Assembly (NCBI GenBank): GCA_026936335.1
Contig: JAPMXV010000006.1
Location: 324,072 to 388,071 of the forward strand
Reading direction: 5' to 3'
DNA from: Mantamonas sphyraenae STR306
Lineage: Eukaryota > Protista > CRuMs
DNA: 64,000 nucleotides
The notes beneath the pieces were generated by a model, which was given only the letters and a program-made list of their open reading frames with translations, made no database searches and was not told where the DNA came from. Below, one piece after another: positions 1 through 11,956 of the stretch; within the stretch, counting starts at the first letter, position 1, and each line of letters begins with the position of its first letter. The position numbers and the translations under genes are program-made.

Positions 1-255
1 ACCGGCATGGTTGTTAAAGGTGAATTCGGCGTCGAGGTTGGTCATCTCCTCGCCAACCAGCTGGCGGAGGGCAGCCAAGTTTCCGACCTCACGAATAATC
101 TTCGGAGCCAGACTCTGGTCGTCCTGGTCGATCGCAATGCCCGCAGAGTCGTAACCACGGTACTCCAGGGTCTGCAGACCCGAAAGCAGGACCTCAACAA
201 TGTCCGCACGCGTACGCGGAGTCAGATAGGAGAAAATGCCAAAGATGCCACACAT
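1..255 (-). CDS. GFA1: Glucosamine--fructose-6-phosphate aminotransferase (GFAT), N-terminal part; runs off the window edge
   Basis: Minus strand from ATG at 255 reads MCGIFGIFSYLTPRTRADIVEVLLSGLQTLEYRGYDSAGIAID. This has the Ntn-hydrolase Cys2 and the LEYRGYDSAG signature of GFAT/GlmS. Not in the ORF track because it is truncated. Confidence 0.95.
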   Translation of the reverse strand, partial: MCGIFGIFSYLTPRTRADIVEVLLSGLQTLEYRGYDSAGIAIDQDDQSLAPKIIREVGNLAALRQLVGEEMTNLDAEFTFNNHAG

Positions 256-696
256 GATGGAAAGAGTTCTCTGGAAGGAATTTGAGGATTCAGAAGGTTT
301 TGAGAGGTTGTGTCGAGAGGGATGCTCAAGTGACGCACAGTCGATGGTTGGGCGTGGTAGTATGGATACAGGGGTTCCGGTGAGATACAGTGAGGCTGTA
401 CGATAGGGAACGACTTTGGCGGCTTTCGACTGAGTTGGCAAGGCTGGCGCCTGCTGCGATCGCAGTTTTGAAGTCGCCAGCTCCCCGAAAGCGCGACGCC
501 CACCCCGGCCTCCACACGTCAGCGGTGACCCCGAAACAGCAGCCGATGTGCTTTGGGTGGCCATTGCAGACAGTGGGACGTGGTTGCATGCTCACACAGA
601 CGTCGTCACGTCGGAATGGGTGGCAGGAAGAAGGAAACGCAGCAAGAAAGTTGACGTTTTGTTTGTGTTATGGAAGAAAGAAGAAACCGGACGCCG

Positions 697-2337
697 TCAC
701 ACCTTGTTCACCTTGTTCCCAGTGATGAGAGCCAGCTGAACGCCCATGAAGAGGCTGAGAATGAACCAGGGGAGGTGGTCCTGGATGTGCTCACTCTGGA
801 CAGCGACGCACTGCTCTGGGAGAGGGAGGGAAAGGTCCACAGAGTAGTCTGACCACATGTGCAGAGGCGAGTCATCAGGCAACTTGCCATACTGGTCCAC
901 ATACGCCGTCACGTCGCGTTCGTATGCTCGGATGCGACGCAGGGAGATGTGTTCGACGGCCATGTTGGCCAGAATCTTGACCACGAGGAGGACACCAAAC
1001 TGGGCCACCATTGTCCACACCTGGGTCTCTGTGGACACATCACAGGCCACCATGCAGGGTCCAGGCACGTAGAGGTTGGACACCAGCAGCACACTGGCCA
1101 ACACATCCGCCAAGTGCTCAGACATCATGTCCTGCACCGCATACAACCAGTACTTGCGAAGAAACAGGCATCGTCTGTACAGACGATACTCTTGCTTGTC
1201 CTGAGGGGTGGTGAGGGTGTCCACCACCGTCTGCACAGAGTCCCCTTTGATTGTTCGCCACAGCCAGTTCCATCCCTCCTCGCCCAGACCTGCGTCACGC
1301 ACAATGAGACGCACGGTGAGTGCCACAATCATGATGAGGGACACGACGTCAAAGCTGGCCACGTTGATGAAGAGGAGGGACCCAAACAGGTCGTCCACCA
1401 CCTGCCAGGGAAACAAGAGCTGCACACTGCGCCACGAGTCGGTGGCAAAGTTGCTCAGCTTCCAAATGAGCAGAATGACAGCCAGCATGAGGATGAGATA
1501 GAAGATGTAGACGCCCAATGCCAGCACGTCGGATACACCGGCGGCCACTGCGTTGACTGTGACAGAGATGGTGGTGCCACCCAGAATGAGTCCCACAGCA
1601 AGGTTGGCATAGCCACGACCATAGCGCACGCGTCGATGTCCACGGTTTTCCCACCAGACGACAAAGGCGATGGCAAAGACGACCACCAGCGTCAGACCAC
1701 TCCCCAGCCCGGGGTCCATGCCGTAGTATGGCAACAGAGTGCCTGTCATGAATGCCCCCACAGACATGAGATAGCCCCAAATTGCCATATGCGATGCCAC
1801 ATGCCGCCGTTGCTGCGGCGGACGCGGTTCAAACAGCCGTAGGCGCTCGGCATCACTTTTCATCTCGTACACCTCGATGCCGTAATCCTCAGGCTTCAAA
1901 AACGGTTTGATGGGCAAGTTATACTGCTTGCGAAACATATACTCGACGACCATGACCATGAGGGGTGTGCCCAGAAAGATACGCACGGCATTGACAAAGA
2001 GTGTGCTTTCGGGCGTGTGACCCAACGTCATCCTGTCGCCCAGCATCACTGTGGGTGGACCCGTGGCCAGGTACACCACATGGGCCCATGAGTGCACAAT
2101 GAGGCCCCATACGATCGACAGTGCCTTTTGTGTGCGGGTCAAGACGCCCGGGTAGCAAATCTCGATGCCTGTGGCAATCAGGGGTCCCTCGATCACGCTG
2201 AAGGTCAACGAGTCCAGTGACACCACCCCTTTGTACCAGGACACACATGCCACTGTCCAAATCATCGCTACGGCGTAGATGAGTACCTGCAGCCGTGTAT
2301 GGTGCGACGGCGGCCAGACCCTCTCTAGGCTTGGCAT
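697..2337 (-). CDS. Multi-pass membrane protein, unknown family
   Basis: ORF 697..2634. Likely start is MPSLERVW at 2337, since the upstream part is (CA)n microsatellite. About 10-12 hydrophobic segments. Confidence 0.7.
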   Translation of the reverse strand: MPSLERVWPPSHHTRLQVLIYAVAMIWTVACVSWYKGVVSLDSLTFSVIEGPLIATGIEICYPGVLTRTQKALSIVWGLIVHSWAHVVYLATGPPTVMLGDRMTLGHTPESTLFVNAVRIFLGTPLMVMVVEYMFRKQYNLPIKPFLKPEDYGIEVYEMKSDAERLRLFEPRPPQQRRHVASHMAIWGYLMSVGAFMTGTLLPYYGMDPGLGSGLTLVVVFAIAFVVWWENRGHRRVRYGRGYANLAVGLILGGTTISVTVNAVAAGVSDVLALGVYIFYLILMLAVILLIWKLSNFATDSWRSVQLLFPWQVVDDLFGSLLFINVASFDVVSLIMIVALTVRLIVRDAGLGEEGWNWLWRTIKGDSVQTVVDTLTTPQDKQEYRLYRRCLFLRKYWLYAVQDMMSEHLADVLASVLLVSNLYVPGPCMVACDVSTETQVWTMVAQFGVLLVVKILANMAVEHISLRRIRAYERDVTAYVDQYGKLPDDSPLHMWSDYSVDLSLPLPEQCVAVQSEHIQDHLPWFILSLFMGVQLALITGNKVNKV

Positions 2338-2425
2338 GGTGTTGTGCTGGTTCAGCGTGCGGCAACACGGAACACAAGCAAGGGTTTGTTCTTTCCAGCA
2401 GGTGCCTGTGCACACAAACGATGTC

Positions 2426-2623
2426 TGTGTGTGTGTGTGTGTGTGTGTGTCGCTTGCGCAAACCTGTCGGCGCTGCGTCTTGCTTTTCGCGCAAAACTGG
2501 ACTTTGCCCAGCTCTGCCCTTCCCCCCTCTCCAATCGCACCCAAACCCAAGAGCAGGGCCAAGAATGGGGTGATCCAAAGCAACAGCATTCTGCTAGTGT
2601 GTGTGTGTGTGTGTGTGTGTGTG
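2426..2623. repeat. (GT)n microsatellites (2426-2450, 2597-2623); similar tracts at ~5093-5118, ~6647-6670, ~18663-18697
   Basis: Dinucleotide runs are directly visible in intergenic and intronic DNA. Confidence 0.9.
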
Positions 2624-2634
2624 ATGAACTGCAT

Positions 2635-3882
2635 CTATTCCTCGCTGGTGGTGGTGGTGGTGGTGGTGGTGTCAATCTCACCAGCCTCCACCACTCCCTT
2701 GGCCTCGAGCTCCTCCACAGAGGGACGTGAGCCAATCTTGCTCTCGAGGGAGTCCTTGGTACGCTCCACCTCCAATTCATGCTGCTTCTCGTGCAGCTTC
2801 GCCGACACAGTCACGTCTGCGTGCAGGATGTTGCGGTCCAGCATCAGCTCCTTCTCCGGGCGGTTCTCAATCTTGAACTCCAGCTTGTCGACCAGACGGG
2901 CCTTGACCAGCTCATCCTCTTTGGCCTGCAGCGAAGGTGCCACCTTGCTGTCGTGGATGTAGTTGCGGTTCACCAGGTCCTCGCGTTCCGGACGACGCTC
3001 CAGCTTGTGCTCCAGCTTGTCGATCGTACGCTTCTTCTCCAGGTCGTCCATCGCCTGCTGCAGCTGCGGGGCAAGGTTCGTGTCCAGCAGAATATGATGC
3101 TGTGTGTGTGTGTTGTCGTTGTGGTTGTGTGTCAGCCGTTGGGCGGATTTTCCACAGCCCGTTTTTTCCCTCTCTCTCTCTCCTGCTCCCCCAACCCGCT
3201 GCTTCCAACTGGGCCTCTCCACTTACGTTGACCAGGTCCTCACGGTCCGGACGGCGCTCCAGCTTCTTCTCCAGCGAGTCGCGTGCCTTGGCCTTGAGCA
3301 GGTCGTCACGAGCTGCCTGCAGAGACGGAGCCAGCGTGTCGCCTGCGAGAGTGGTGTGTTGTGGTGTGGTGTGTGTGTATCCACATCCATTGAGGAGATC
3401 AACGCCATGCCGTGTCAGATTGCCATCCTACCACTGTGTTCCATCATGCCCACTCCCCTCACATGCCACTTTCCCACACACCCCACACCCCCCCCGTTTG
3501 AAATGAAGTCAAACGGGGGGGCCGCCCCTTTTTTTCCTTTCAGGAACGGTCGTTTTCCCCTCTCGCGCGCCCGTACTCGCCACCACATGCACCTCGCCAC
3601 CCGCACATGCGTCCCATACGTACCCTTGAGCACGTTGCGTGCAATGAGGTCCTCACGGTCCAGACGCAGGGCGCCCAGCTGCTTCTCCAGGGCTGAGTGT
3701 GCCCAACGTCGTCGTCGTGTCATTTTGTGTGAGTTGGCTGTTGGCTGCCTAATTCCTCGCCCTCTCTCCAGGCCTGCACACTCACCCTCTCCAGAGCCGG
3801 CCAGGTCGATGTTGCTCTCGTCCACGGCGACGACTTCCTCCTCCTGCTCCTCAATCTGCTGCTGCTGCTCGTTCTCGCTCAT
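2635..3882 (-). CDS. RPEL-repeat (G-actin-binding) protein, 4 exons
   Basis: Repeated L.+KLE.RP.+E+L..RN(I/V)L motifs (KLERRPDREDLVN, KLERRPEREDLVNRNYI, KIENRPEKELMLDRNIL, KIGSRPSVEELEAKGV). Three phase-compatible GT-AG introns with donors GTGAGT, GTACGT and GTAAGT. Confidence 0.85.
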
Positions 3883-3989
3883 TTCGTGTTGGTTCGTTTG
3901 TGTGTTTTGTGTGGTTGAACCCACGCGAATGTATTTCAGCTGACCCACTGTCACACACACACACACATTCACACACCCTCTTTCATTCT

Positions 3990-5796
3990 CTACGAGGCCA
4001 TGCGCACCTGGTAATCGCCGTTGGTGGTGATGTAGCGCACCCAGGGCAGGGCCTGGTAGCCGCTCTTTTCAATGATCTTCAGGTAGCGAACCTGGATGCC
4101 CGACACAGTGTAGTAAGGGATCTCAAACTGCACCGTAATGGGTGGCTTCTGCTGTGCGTTCTCCTCGTCGTCGATGGAAGGCAGTGCAAAGTGGGCTCGC
4201 ATCAGGTACTCCTTCTTGCCACCGGGGAACGACTTGATGGTCCACACAATGGCATTCTTCTGCGGTGCATACTCCACGCTGCCCATGGAAGTCTTGAACT
4301 TGGGCGACGAGGCGTCGGGGGGCACGGGGATGTTGATGACCACGTTGTTGGCCGTGCTCTTCTCCTTGAACTGCGACTTGGCCTTGATGAGGTACTCGAT
4401 GCGCGAGTGCGAGTGGGACTCCACCACACTCTCAATCCAGATCAAGGGTCGCACCGCCGTGCTCAGCCTGTAGTTCATCAGGTCAAACTCCCCATCGGGA
4501 GGGATGAAGGAGATGGTACGGTCGTTCTCAAACCGACTCAGACGCACACACTGATGGAACTTGATGTCCTCCATGTCCACCGCCTTGGACTTGGACACCG
4601 TTTTGCCATGTGACTCGAACATCAGCTTGTCATTCAGGCCCAGACGAAGCTCAGGCATGCCCGACAGTTGCGAACGCATCTTGATGGCCCCCAGGATTTC
4701 AGAGTGCAACACGTTGCCATTGGCATTCACCAGCAGGTTCACTGTCTCCACCACATCCAGGAACACCTCGTTCTTGCGGTGCACAATTCCAGGCGGACGC
4801 CACGACACAGAGTCTGTCACTGCGTCCGGAATGTCCATCACATCCTTGCTCTTGCCCTTGCCGATCGTGCGCTTGAACTTGTCCAACGCACTCTCGTTCT
4901 CCAGTCGGTGCGACTCCTGCGTGATGTATTGCTGCAGGATCTTCGACTCGGTGATCTGCGGGTACCCAAAGTCCATCATCTCGTCGAGCAGCTCGTAGAT
5001 AATAACAAAGTTGTCCCGGATCGATTCCTCCTCCAACACGGCAAAGTATTCTTCAAACACCTGATGGTGTGCACAAGGGAAAGCAGACACACAGTGTGTG
5101 TGTGTGTGTGTGTGTGTGGAGCGGGTGCGTCAGTCTCCGTCTCCTCCACGCTTCCGCCGCGGTTTCCCATCCCTCTCTACGTCGTCCCTGCCACATCCAC
5201 ATCCACACGCCCTGCCCACACCCCACTGTGGCGTGGTATGTTTGCAGCAGCATTGGCTGTGTGTGTGTGCATGCAGCCGTGGCGACGTGGAGGCTTGGTC
5301 TGAGGTGGCCTTTGGGCTTTTCCCTCTCCCGCTTCCCCTGCTTCGCTGCCCTTTTCCGCAACCTACCCGGATGAGATGGAACAGGAATAGTAGAATGCTC
5401 GTTACGTTGACGTTGCTCTTGGTGGCAGCCAGCACTGTGGTGTGGTGGTACGTGCGTGTGTGGTGTGTGGTGTGTTGGCCCTGTGTTGCTCCGCTGAACC
5501 AAATGATGGGCGGAGAGAATTCGCAAAGAGAGCAGCCTGGCAAGGAGCACCACGTGTGCACCTGCATCTCTGTGCCCTGCCTCTGTGTCCCGCTTCCACT
5601 TACAAATGAGGCCAGAGTATTTGACAAAGGCGTATGTGACGCCCTCCTCGTTCATGACGGGCTTCACGTCGATCTCGTCCTCGTCCAAAATGCGTTCGAC
5701 AAACTTTTCGGCCACACTGAGCTTCACATCGCCACGATAGTCGCGGCAGATGAGCAACTTGCCTGCGTTGTCCAGAATAAACACGGCAGAGGCCAT
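3990..5796 (-). CDS. AP1M1: AP-1 adaptor complex mu subunit; exons 5796-5604, 5434-5367, 5060-3990
   Basis: Motifs MASAVFILD..GK.LI.R.YRGD, IRDNFVIIYELLDEMMDFGYPQ, KNEVFLDVVE, SGMPELRLGLND and ALPWVRYIT. The GT-AG introns restore the frame. Confidence 0.96.
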
Positions 5797-5882
5797 GGCG
5801 GGCAGGTGTGCAGGGGCAAGGGGGGGTGAGGAAAAGTTTGTTGTCGGCAGCCGGCGCCGACTGGGGCAAACCAAGGTCAGCC

Positions 5883-6572
5883 ATGTCCACGACCACACAC
5901 ACCGAGGAGGAGGAGGAGCCGATGTTGAGTGACGAGGAGGATCCAAACGAGTTGGGCATGCTTGTGGCACGGCTGCTGCACAGCAACAACGCCACGGCAC
6001 GACGGTTGTGGGAGCAGCGGACGCCGTTGTTGCAGCCGCAAGAGACGGAAGAGAGGCAGACAGGAGGAGAGGAGGAGGACCATGGTGGCCAGGATGGGAC
6101 CACCCAGGCAGAGGATGATTTCCTGGAACGACTGCAGCTGCGCATGCGATCATCAAGCATGGATGACCAACGTGCAGAGGTGGTGGAAGGCCTGCGCAAA
6201 CACAAGGAGCAGGCAGCAGCGCGTGTTGAGGCAGAGGCAGAGGCAGAGGCAGAGGCAGAGGACGAAGAGTGGCTGGATGAGGTGGATCGATTAGGCTCAT
6301 TGTTGTTGCAGGATGAGTTTAGCAGTCGCATGGATGACCAGCGGGCGTCAATGGATCCGCAGCAGAGTGGCAGCCAGGCCCTGGAAGAGGTGGAGTTGGA
6401 ACGCCTGTTGGTCCGGCTGCTCCACAGGAACAACCGGCTGGAGGACCAACGTGCGGAACACATCGACCAGGACGACGAACTGGAACGCATTCGTCTGCTG
6501 ATCTCCCTGGCCACGTCACGCATGCGCATGCGAGGCCAACGCAGCGCCGAAGACGGAAACGTGTCGGATTGA
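5883..6572 (+). CDS. Acidic helical protein with internal repeats (hypothetical)
   Basis: 229-aa ORF with protein-like codon usage. Repeats MDDQRAE/MDDQRAS/LEDQRAE and LVARLLHSNN/LVRLLHRNN. Divergent from AP1M1. Confidence 0.6.
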   Translation: MSTTTHTEEEEEPMLSDEEDPNELGMLVARLLHSNNATARRLWEQRTPLLQPQETEERQTGGEEEDHGGQDGTTQAEDDFLERLQLRMRSSSMDDQRAEVVEGLRKHKEQAAARVEAEAEAEAEAEDEEWLDEVDRLGSLLLQDEFSSRMDDQRASMDPQQSGSQALEEVELERLLVRLLHRNNRLEDQRAEHIDQDDELERIRLLISLATSRMRMRGQRSAEDGNVSD

Positions 6573-6670
6573 ACCCCTCCCCAGCGACTGTATACGGCAG
6601 CAAATGGGCACACACACGCTCTGCTGATTACATTGAAACCATTATGCACACACACACACACACACACACA

Positions 6671-8120
6671 TTACCGCTTGACACTGGGAAACACGTTGTT
6701 GACGGCGAGGCTGCTGCCTCGTTTGTTGTTGAGAGCAGGGTACATGCTGTTGCCACTGTTGCCACTGGTGCCACCTGTCTTTTCTCTGCGTCCACCACTC
6801 CTGGTGCTGGACTTGCCTTTGAGGTTGCGTGTGCGTGTGGTGCTGCCGCTGCCCTCGTTTGCCCCGCCGCCTTGTCGGAAGCGAGTGCCACCACTCACCG
6901 TGCTGCTGTATGGGCTGTTGGGCGTCCCTCCACTCGAGTAGTACCCTTGGATCAGACGGTATCGGTTCTGAGTCTGGTTGTCGTGCCCCGATGACGAGGA
7001 GGCCGTTGACGATGATGATGATGATGATGATGTCGTCGTCGTGGTCGTTGAGTACACCCCACGTCCTGTGTTGGTGTGATTGTTGTTGTTGCTGCTGCTG
7101 CTGCTATGATGGATGTTGTGGTTGTTGCTGCTGCTGCTGCTGCTGTTGCTGTTGCTGTGTTGTGTGCTACGCTGCCGTGGTGACAAGACCAGGCCATTCG
7201 ACGACCGTGGGCGCAGGTTGTACACGTTGAAGGACGTGCCTGACCCCGAGTTGCCCCCGCCCGCTGTTGTGCCACCGCCTGTGCCACTCGTGCTGCCACC
7301 CAGACCCTTGCGCAGGATGCGTGGCGAGTTGCCACTGCCACCCGTTCCAGTGGAGCCCACTCCTCCTGCTGTCCCACCCCCACGTGCCATCCGCCCATGG
7401 ATCTGGCTTCCCGACGATCCTGTAATCACACTGCCCGACCCATACACTGAGTTGCTTGTCTTGTGCTGCACCACCTTGGGGGTGGCCGGTTGGGACGGTG
7501 ACGATGCTGCACCCACCAACAGGGGTCCGGGGCGCCTTCGCGAGTGGGCAATCTTGCTTGTCTCTCGTGTCGACTCCACTTGTCGCCACTTGTCCCCTCC
7601 TCCACCTCCGGCCCCTCCCGATGTCGTCGTTGAGCCCGTCAGACCTGTCAATGGCAGCTTCTTTGCCACACTCGGTCCCTCCTGCTCCTCCTGCCTCGCG
7701 TACGCCGACGGCGACGATGAGGACGATGACGACGACGACGACGACGACGACGATGATGACGATGTCGTTGATGTCGTCGTGCCCGTCGAGTATGATCCTC
7801 CGCTGCTCGACAGATGGCCTGAGCTCTTCAGGCTGTCGTGGTTCTTCTTGTGTGCCGAGCGCAACATGCTTGCCGTTGTCTCTGATGGCTCGTACACTTC
7901 CTCCGACAGCAAACCACTCCCTGTGCCTCCTGTGCCTCCCCCCTCGCTGGCACTGTCGTCCAGCGACGACAGTGACTCGGTGGAGCGCAATTCCACCATG
8001 CCCGACGATGACGACGACGACGACGACGACGACGATGTGGACGACGTCGACGTGGTGCTCTTCAGCTTACCCAAACGCTTGCCCTTGCGTGTCTTGCGTG
8101 ATTTGCGCTTGCTGTTGTTC

Positions 8121-8154
<34 letters not shown>

Positions 8155-9356
8155 TTGCAATCGTGCCCTCCTCCTCATTGTTGCGTGCCTCTTTGTCGTG
8201 TGCTTTCCACATGGAGCTTTGCATGGAGACGAGAAAGTGTTGTTGGGGCCCAATGACGGATCCGGGCCTGCAGATGCGAATCCACCCCATGGTTTCCAGC
8301 GCCGTCATTCGCCAGCGACGCATCATGTACAGACACAGCAGAGTGCCCGTACGTCCCAGCCCAGCCTTGCAGTGCACGGCAATAGCCTCGTCGTCAGGCA
8401 CCGCAAGTGCAATCTTGAGGAACTTGTTGACGATGCTCATGCTGGGTGTGCTGCCGTCGATAAAGAAGAGGTCGTGGTGTTTGAAGCCAGCATCGAGGAA
8501 GCGCCTCCGTTGGTACTCCTTCTTGTTGAGACGCACAATGTGACGCACGCCACGCGGGCGGAATTGGTCGATGAGGTCTTCGGGGGTCATGGGTCGGATG
8601 CCGTCCTCGTCGATGTCGTTGGTTTTCTTGGGTCCGGCAAAGGCAATCACCTTTTTCGGGATGATCCAGTTCCAGTCACCGTTTTCCACCTGTTCGTACT
8701 GCTCGTACTCGTCCAGGTCGAAGCTGCCGTCCTGAAACCCCACCCAGCCGAGTTGGTTTGCGCGGTACAGGCCCTTCAAACAGTCGTACACCGTCAGATG
8801 GAACGTCGACACACCCATGCTTGCGTCGCGGTATGCCAGCAGAGGTGGCTGTACATTCTTGAAGGGCTTGAAAGCCTCTGCTGGGGTGTACTCGTGGTAG
8901 AGAATCTGCGCGCCAAAAAGCGACGGTTGCGAGCCGTTTGCGCGTGGACAGGCGTCAGACATGTGCACCCCACCTGGGCAGACTTGGTGTGGACGGGCTG
9001 CTTGTTAGGCAAGAGACGGGCGGCATGCGGTAACGTACGAGGTAGGAACAGATGAGATAGGCAGCGTTTGTACGGCGCGCTGCCAAGGTGCTGCTGTAGA
9101 AGATGATCACCGCGTCTTTGGCGTCCTTGTTGTTCAACATGGAATGCAACAGGCGACAGAACCGGTATAGCAGCGCCAGGTTGAGGGGGCCAAAGTCTGC
9201 AAAGAATGGCTCGTACACCAGAGTGTCATCCACACAGAAAAACACTCGGCTTCGATTCACCGGGTCGTGCGGCACCGAGCGCAGCGCCGTGTAGTACAGC
9301 CGGCCCGGGAAGATGGTGATGGCATTGCGCAGCTCTTTAATGCTGCTGATGCTCAT
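6671..9356 (-). CDS. CDC14: Cdc14 dual-specificity phosphatase with long low-complexity S/T/G tail; intron 8906-9038
   Basis: Motifs YEPFFADFGPLNLA, YRDAS, ENGDWNWIIP, DLFFIDGSTP, catalytic VHCKAGLGRTG and RICRPGSVIGPQQ. Confidence 0.96.
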
Positions 9357-9502
9357 GCTGGGGGACCGGGGGGCAGGACAGACGCCTGGTGAGGAGGGTT
9401 GGTTGGTTGGTTTGGATGCGTCCGCGGAGGCAAGGAAACCTCCAAAAAACTCACATTTATTTCACAAACAAAGGCATCGTGACATCACCCAACGACCAGT
9501 CC

Positions 9503-10094
9503 ATGTATTTGAATGCGGAGAACTTGAGGGAACTGGACCAACGCGAGGGGGGCGAGGTTGTGGAGCAGGAGACGGAAACCGACGAGGAACTCGACTCCAT
9601 GCTTACGAATCTGCAGCTGCGATTCCAAGGTAGGTGTGCACAGTGGAGAGGGCGAGTGTGCGCACACGTCTGTGCCGTGGCTATCCGTTCAAAGGCACTG
9701 TGTGACGCTTCCGGGCGTGTAAACATGAGGGCCCAGAACAATTTGCGCCGCTGCCCGAACCCTCTCGTTCCGGACCGTCTGGACACTCACACACGTGCGC
9801 ATATGGCTGATAGCGAGCGGCAGGAGTATGCCCAATGGCAGGCGCAGGTCCACACGTGATATTCTGGCTTCTCCGCTCTCCGAGGTGCGTTGAGAAGAAT
9901 GAGACGGCCGGGTTTTTTCCATTTTGCGTCCAGCAGCTTCGTGAAAAAACCCTTCTGCCGATAAAAAAAACGCATTGTGTGGGCGATTGGGATGTGGGGC
10001 CGCTCGCTAACACGTATCCACGGCCCACAACACACAGGGAGAGAACTTCGACGATGACGAGTTGGAAAGATTTCGTCTGGACCGGCGACGCTGA
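9503..10094 (+). CDS. Small (~84 aa) acidic protein, exons 9503-9629, 9814-9884, 10038-10094
   Basis: Manual splicing (donors GTAGGT and GTGCGT, branch points CTCAC/CTAAC, AG acceptors) gives MYLNAENLRELDQREGG...LTNLQLRFQASGRSMPNGRRRSTRDILASPLSEGENFDDDELERFRLDRRR*. Confidence 0.55.
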
Positions 10095-10453
10095 GCGACC
10101 TGGACTGCGGATTTGTCGTCTTCCGTTTTTCAAGGCTGTTGGTGCCACACTGCGGTTGAGTGTGGCCCCCAACTAGGAAGACCCATTGTGTATGGAATCG
10201 GTACGCACACACGAGTGGACGTGTGCAACCATCCACGCATGCAGAAGCGAGAACAGTCAAAACCAGCAATGAACGTGACAAAAGGTGTGGAATCCAATCC
10301 GGGAGGAGCCTAGCCGATGTGGCACGTGTTGCAACCAAAAGGGGGATGGGGGAATGATGGGTTTGTGTTGTTGGGAAGAAGCAGGCATCTTGGCAATGGT
10401 TGCTTGTCGCTGCGGGAACGAAAGCAAGTCAAACGTGACATTGTTGGTCAAGA

Positions 10454-11956
10454 ATGACGGACACGTCGATTGCTTGGTCGGCGGTGCTGGACAGTGAAGA
10501 CGATTTGGACGATGTGGATGACTTTTTCCGCGACTCGGACGACGAGAGCGGCGGCGGAGGTGAGGCGACGGATTTGGCGCGAAAACGAGGAGGACGTCAA
10601 GGCACAGACGGGCAAAGGAGACTGACGCCAAGCGCAAACACACAGACGTGTCGTTGCAAAGTATGCGTGCGGATGGATCGGGACTGAAATCCGTGGCTGT
10701 GAGCAGCATCAAGAAGCGCAAGGAGAGCGGAGCAACAGGCACCTTTCCCGAACCGCAACGGCTGGACTTTGGCGGCGGCAAGGGGGAGAGACAACACAGA
10801 GACGGAACAGGAGGAGACCGAAGACAGCGCAGTAGATATGTCTGTAGGCAGCACACCCAACAGAGGAGGGAACAGTGCACGCAAGCGCAAGCGGGGATCG
10901 TCGTTGGGCGGCCGTCAAGATCCCGGTGACGACACGGAGCTGGACGACAGCGACCTGAGCTTCCTGGAGGAGGACCTGCCCCTGGGAGACGAGGAGGAGG
11001 AAGAGGAGGAGGATGACGATTATGCGGCAGCATCATCGTCTTCTTTGTCGTCCTCGTCTGGGCTGGACCGGAGCTACCTGTCGTTGAGTGGCGCATCGCC
11101 GGCGAGGTACGCCGGTCTGGATACGACGGTGATGTCTGTGGCAGGAGAAGCAGACACAAAGGAGTATCAACCGAAGCTTGTGCGGTTGGAGAACGACAAG
11201 GGGTCGAGCAGCCGAGGAGTGGCAGCACAGAGGCGATCGCGACGCAACCGCATCAAACCGCTGGAGTACTGGCGAGGAGCAAAGGTGGAGTACGAGCGTA
11301 CCAGCAACGCTGAACTGCCCACATTGAAGGGTTACCGCGAGGCACCACCTGCAGAAGACGTGCCCGCACGACGCACAGGCAGCCAGGCAGCCAAGAAGAG
11401 GAGGAAGGAGAGCCCAAGCAAGACGAAAAAGACGAGGAAGGAGGACAGCAGCTCACAGGGAGGCGGCACAGATGGTGCAGGTGGCGCAGGTGGCGCACGA
11501 GGGAACTATGATTATTTCCGGGATGAGGACCAGATGGGTGGCGTGGAGATGGTCTACGACACCGAGAATCGTGGGAAGCACAAGGGGGTGCTGGTTCACC
11601 ACTTGGAAACAATGGCAGAGAAGCGGTTGCAGGGCACGCTGGCGCGTCAAGGAAGGCTGTCTATTGCGTTTCACGAAAGCGATTACTACACAGGGCTGCT
11701 GCGTCTGGACCCGCGCGGCAGCAAGCAGGCACACAGCGTGCAGAACACGTCGCGTGTGTACATGTGCATGTCTGGCGAGGGTCGCATCACCGTGGCGGGA
11801 GTGCCGATTCAGTTTGGGACTGGATCCCAGCTGCGCGTGCCGCCGCACACCAGCTACACCATGTTCAACACCTCGTTTGCTCAAGAGTTGGTGATGCACT
11901 TTGTCACTGTGGCAAACAACGACGACGACGACGATGAGGATGAGGATGAAGAATGA
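10454..11956 (+). CDS. CENPC: Centromere protein C (CENP-C/Mif2); intron 10560-10645; apparent extra G at 10782-10786
   Basis: CENP-C motif RRSRRNRIKPLEYWRGAKVEY and a C-terminal cupin dimerisation domain (GLLRLDPRGSK..HS...VYMCMSG...VPPHTSY.MFN). The 5' structure is less certain. Confidence 0.9.
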
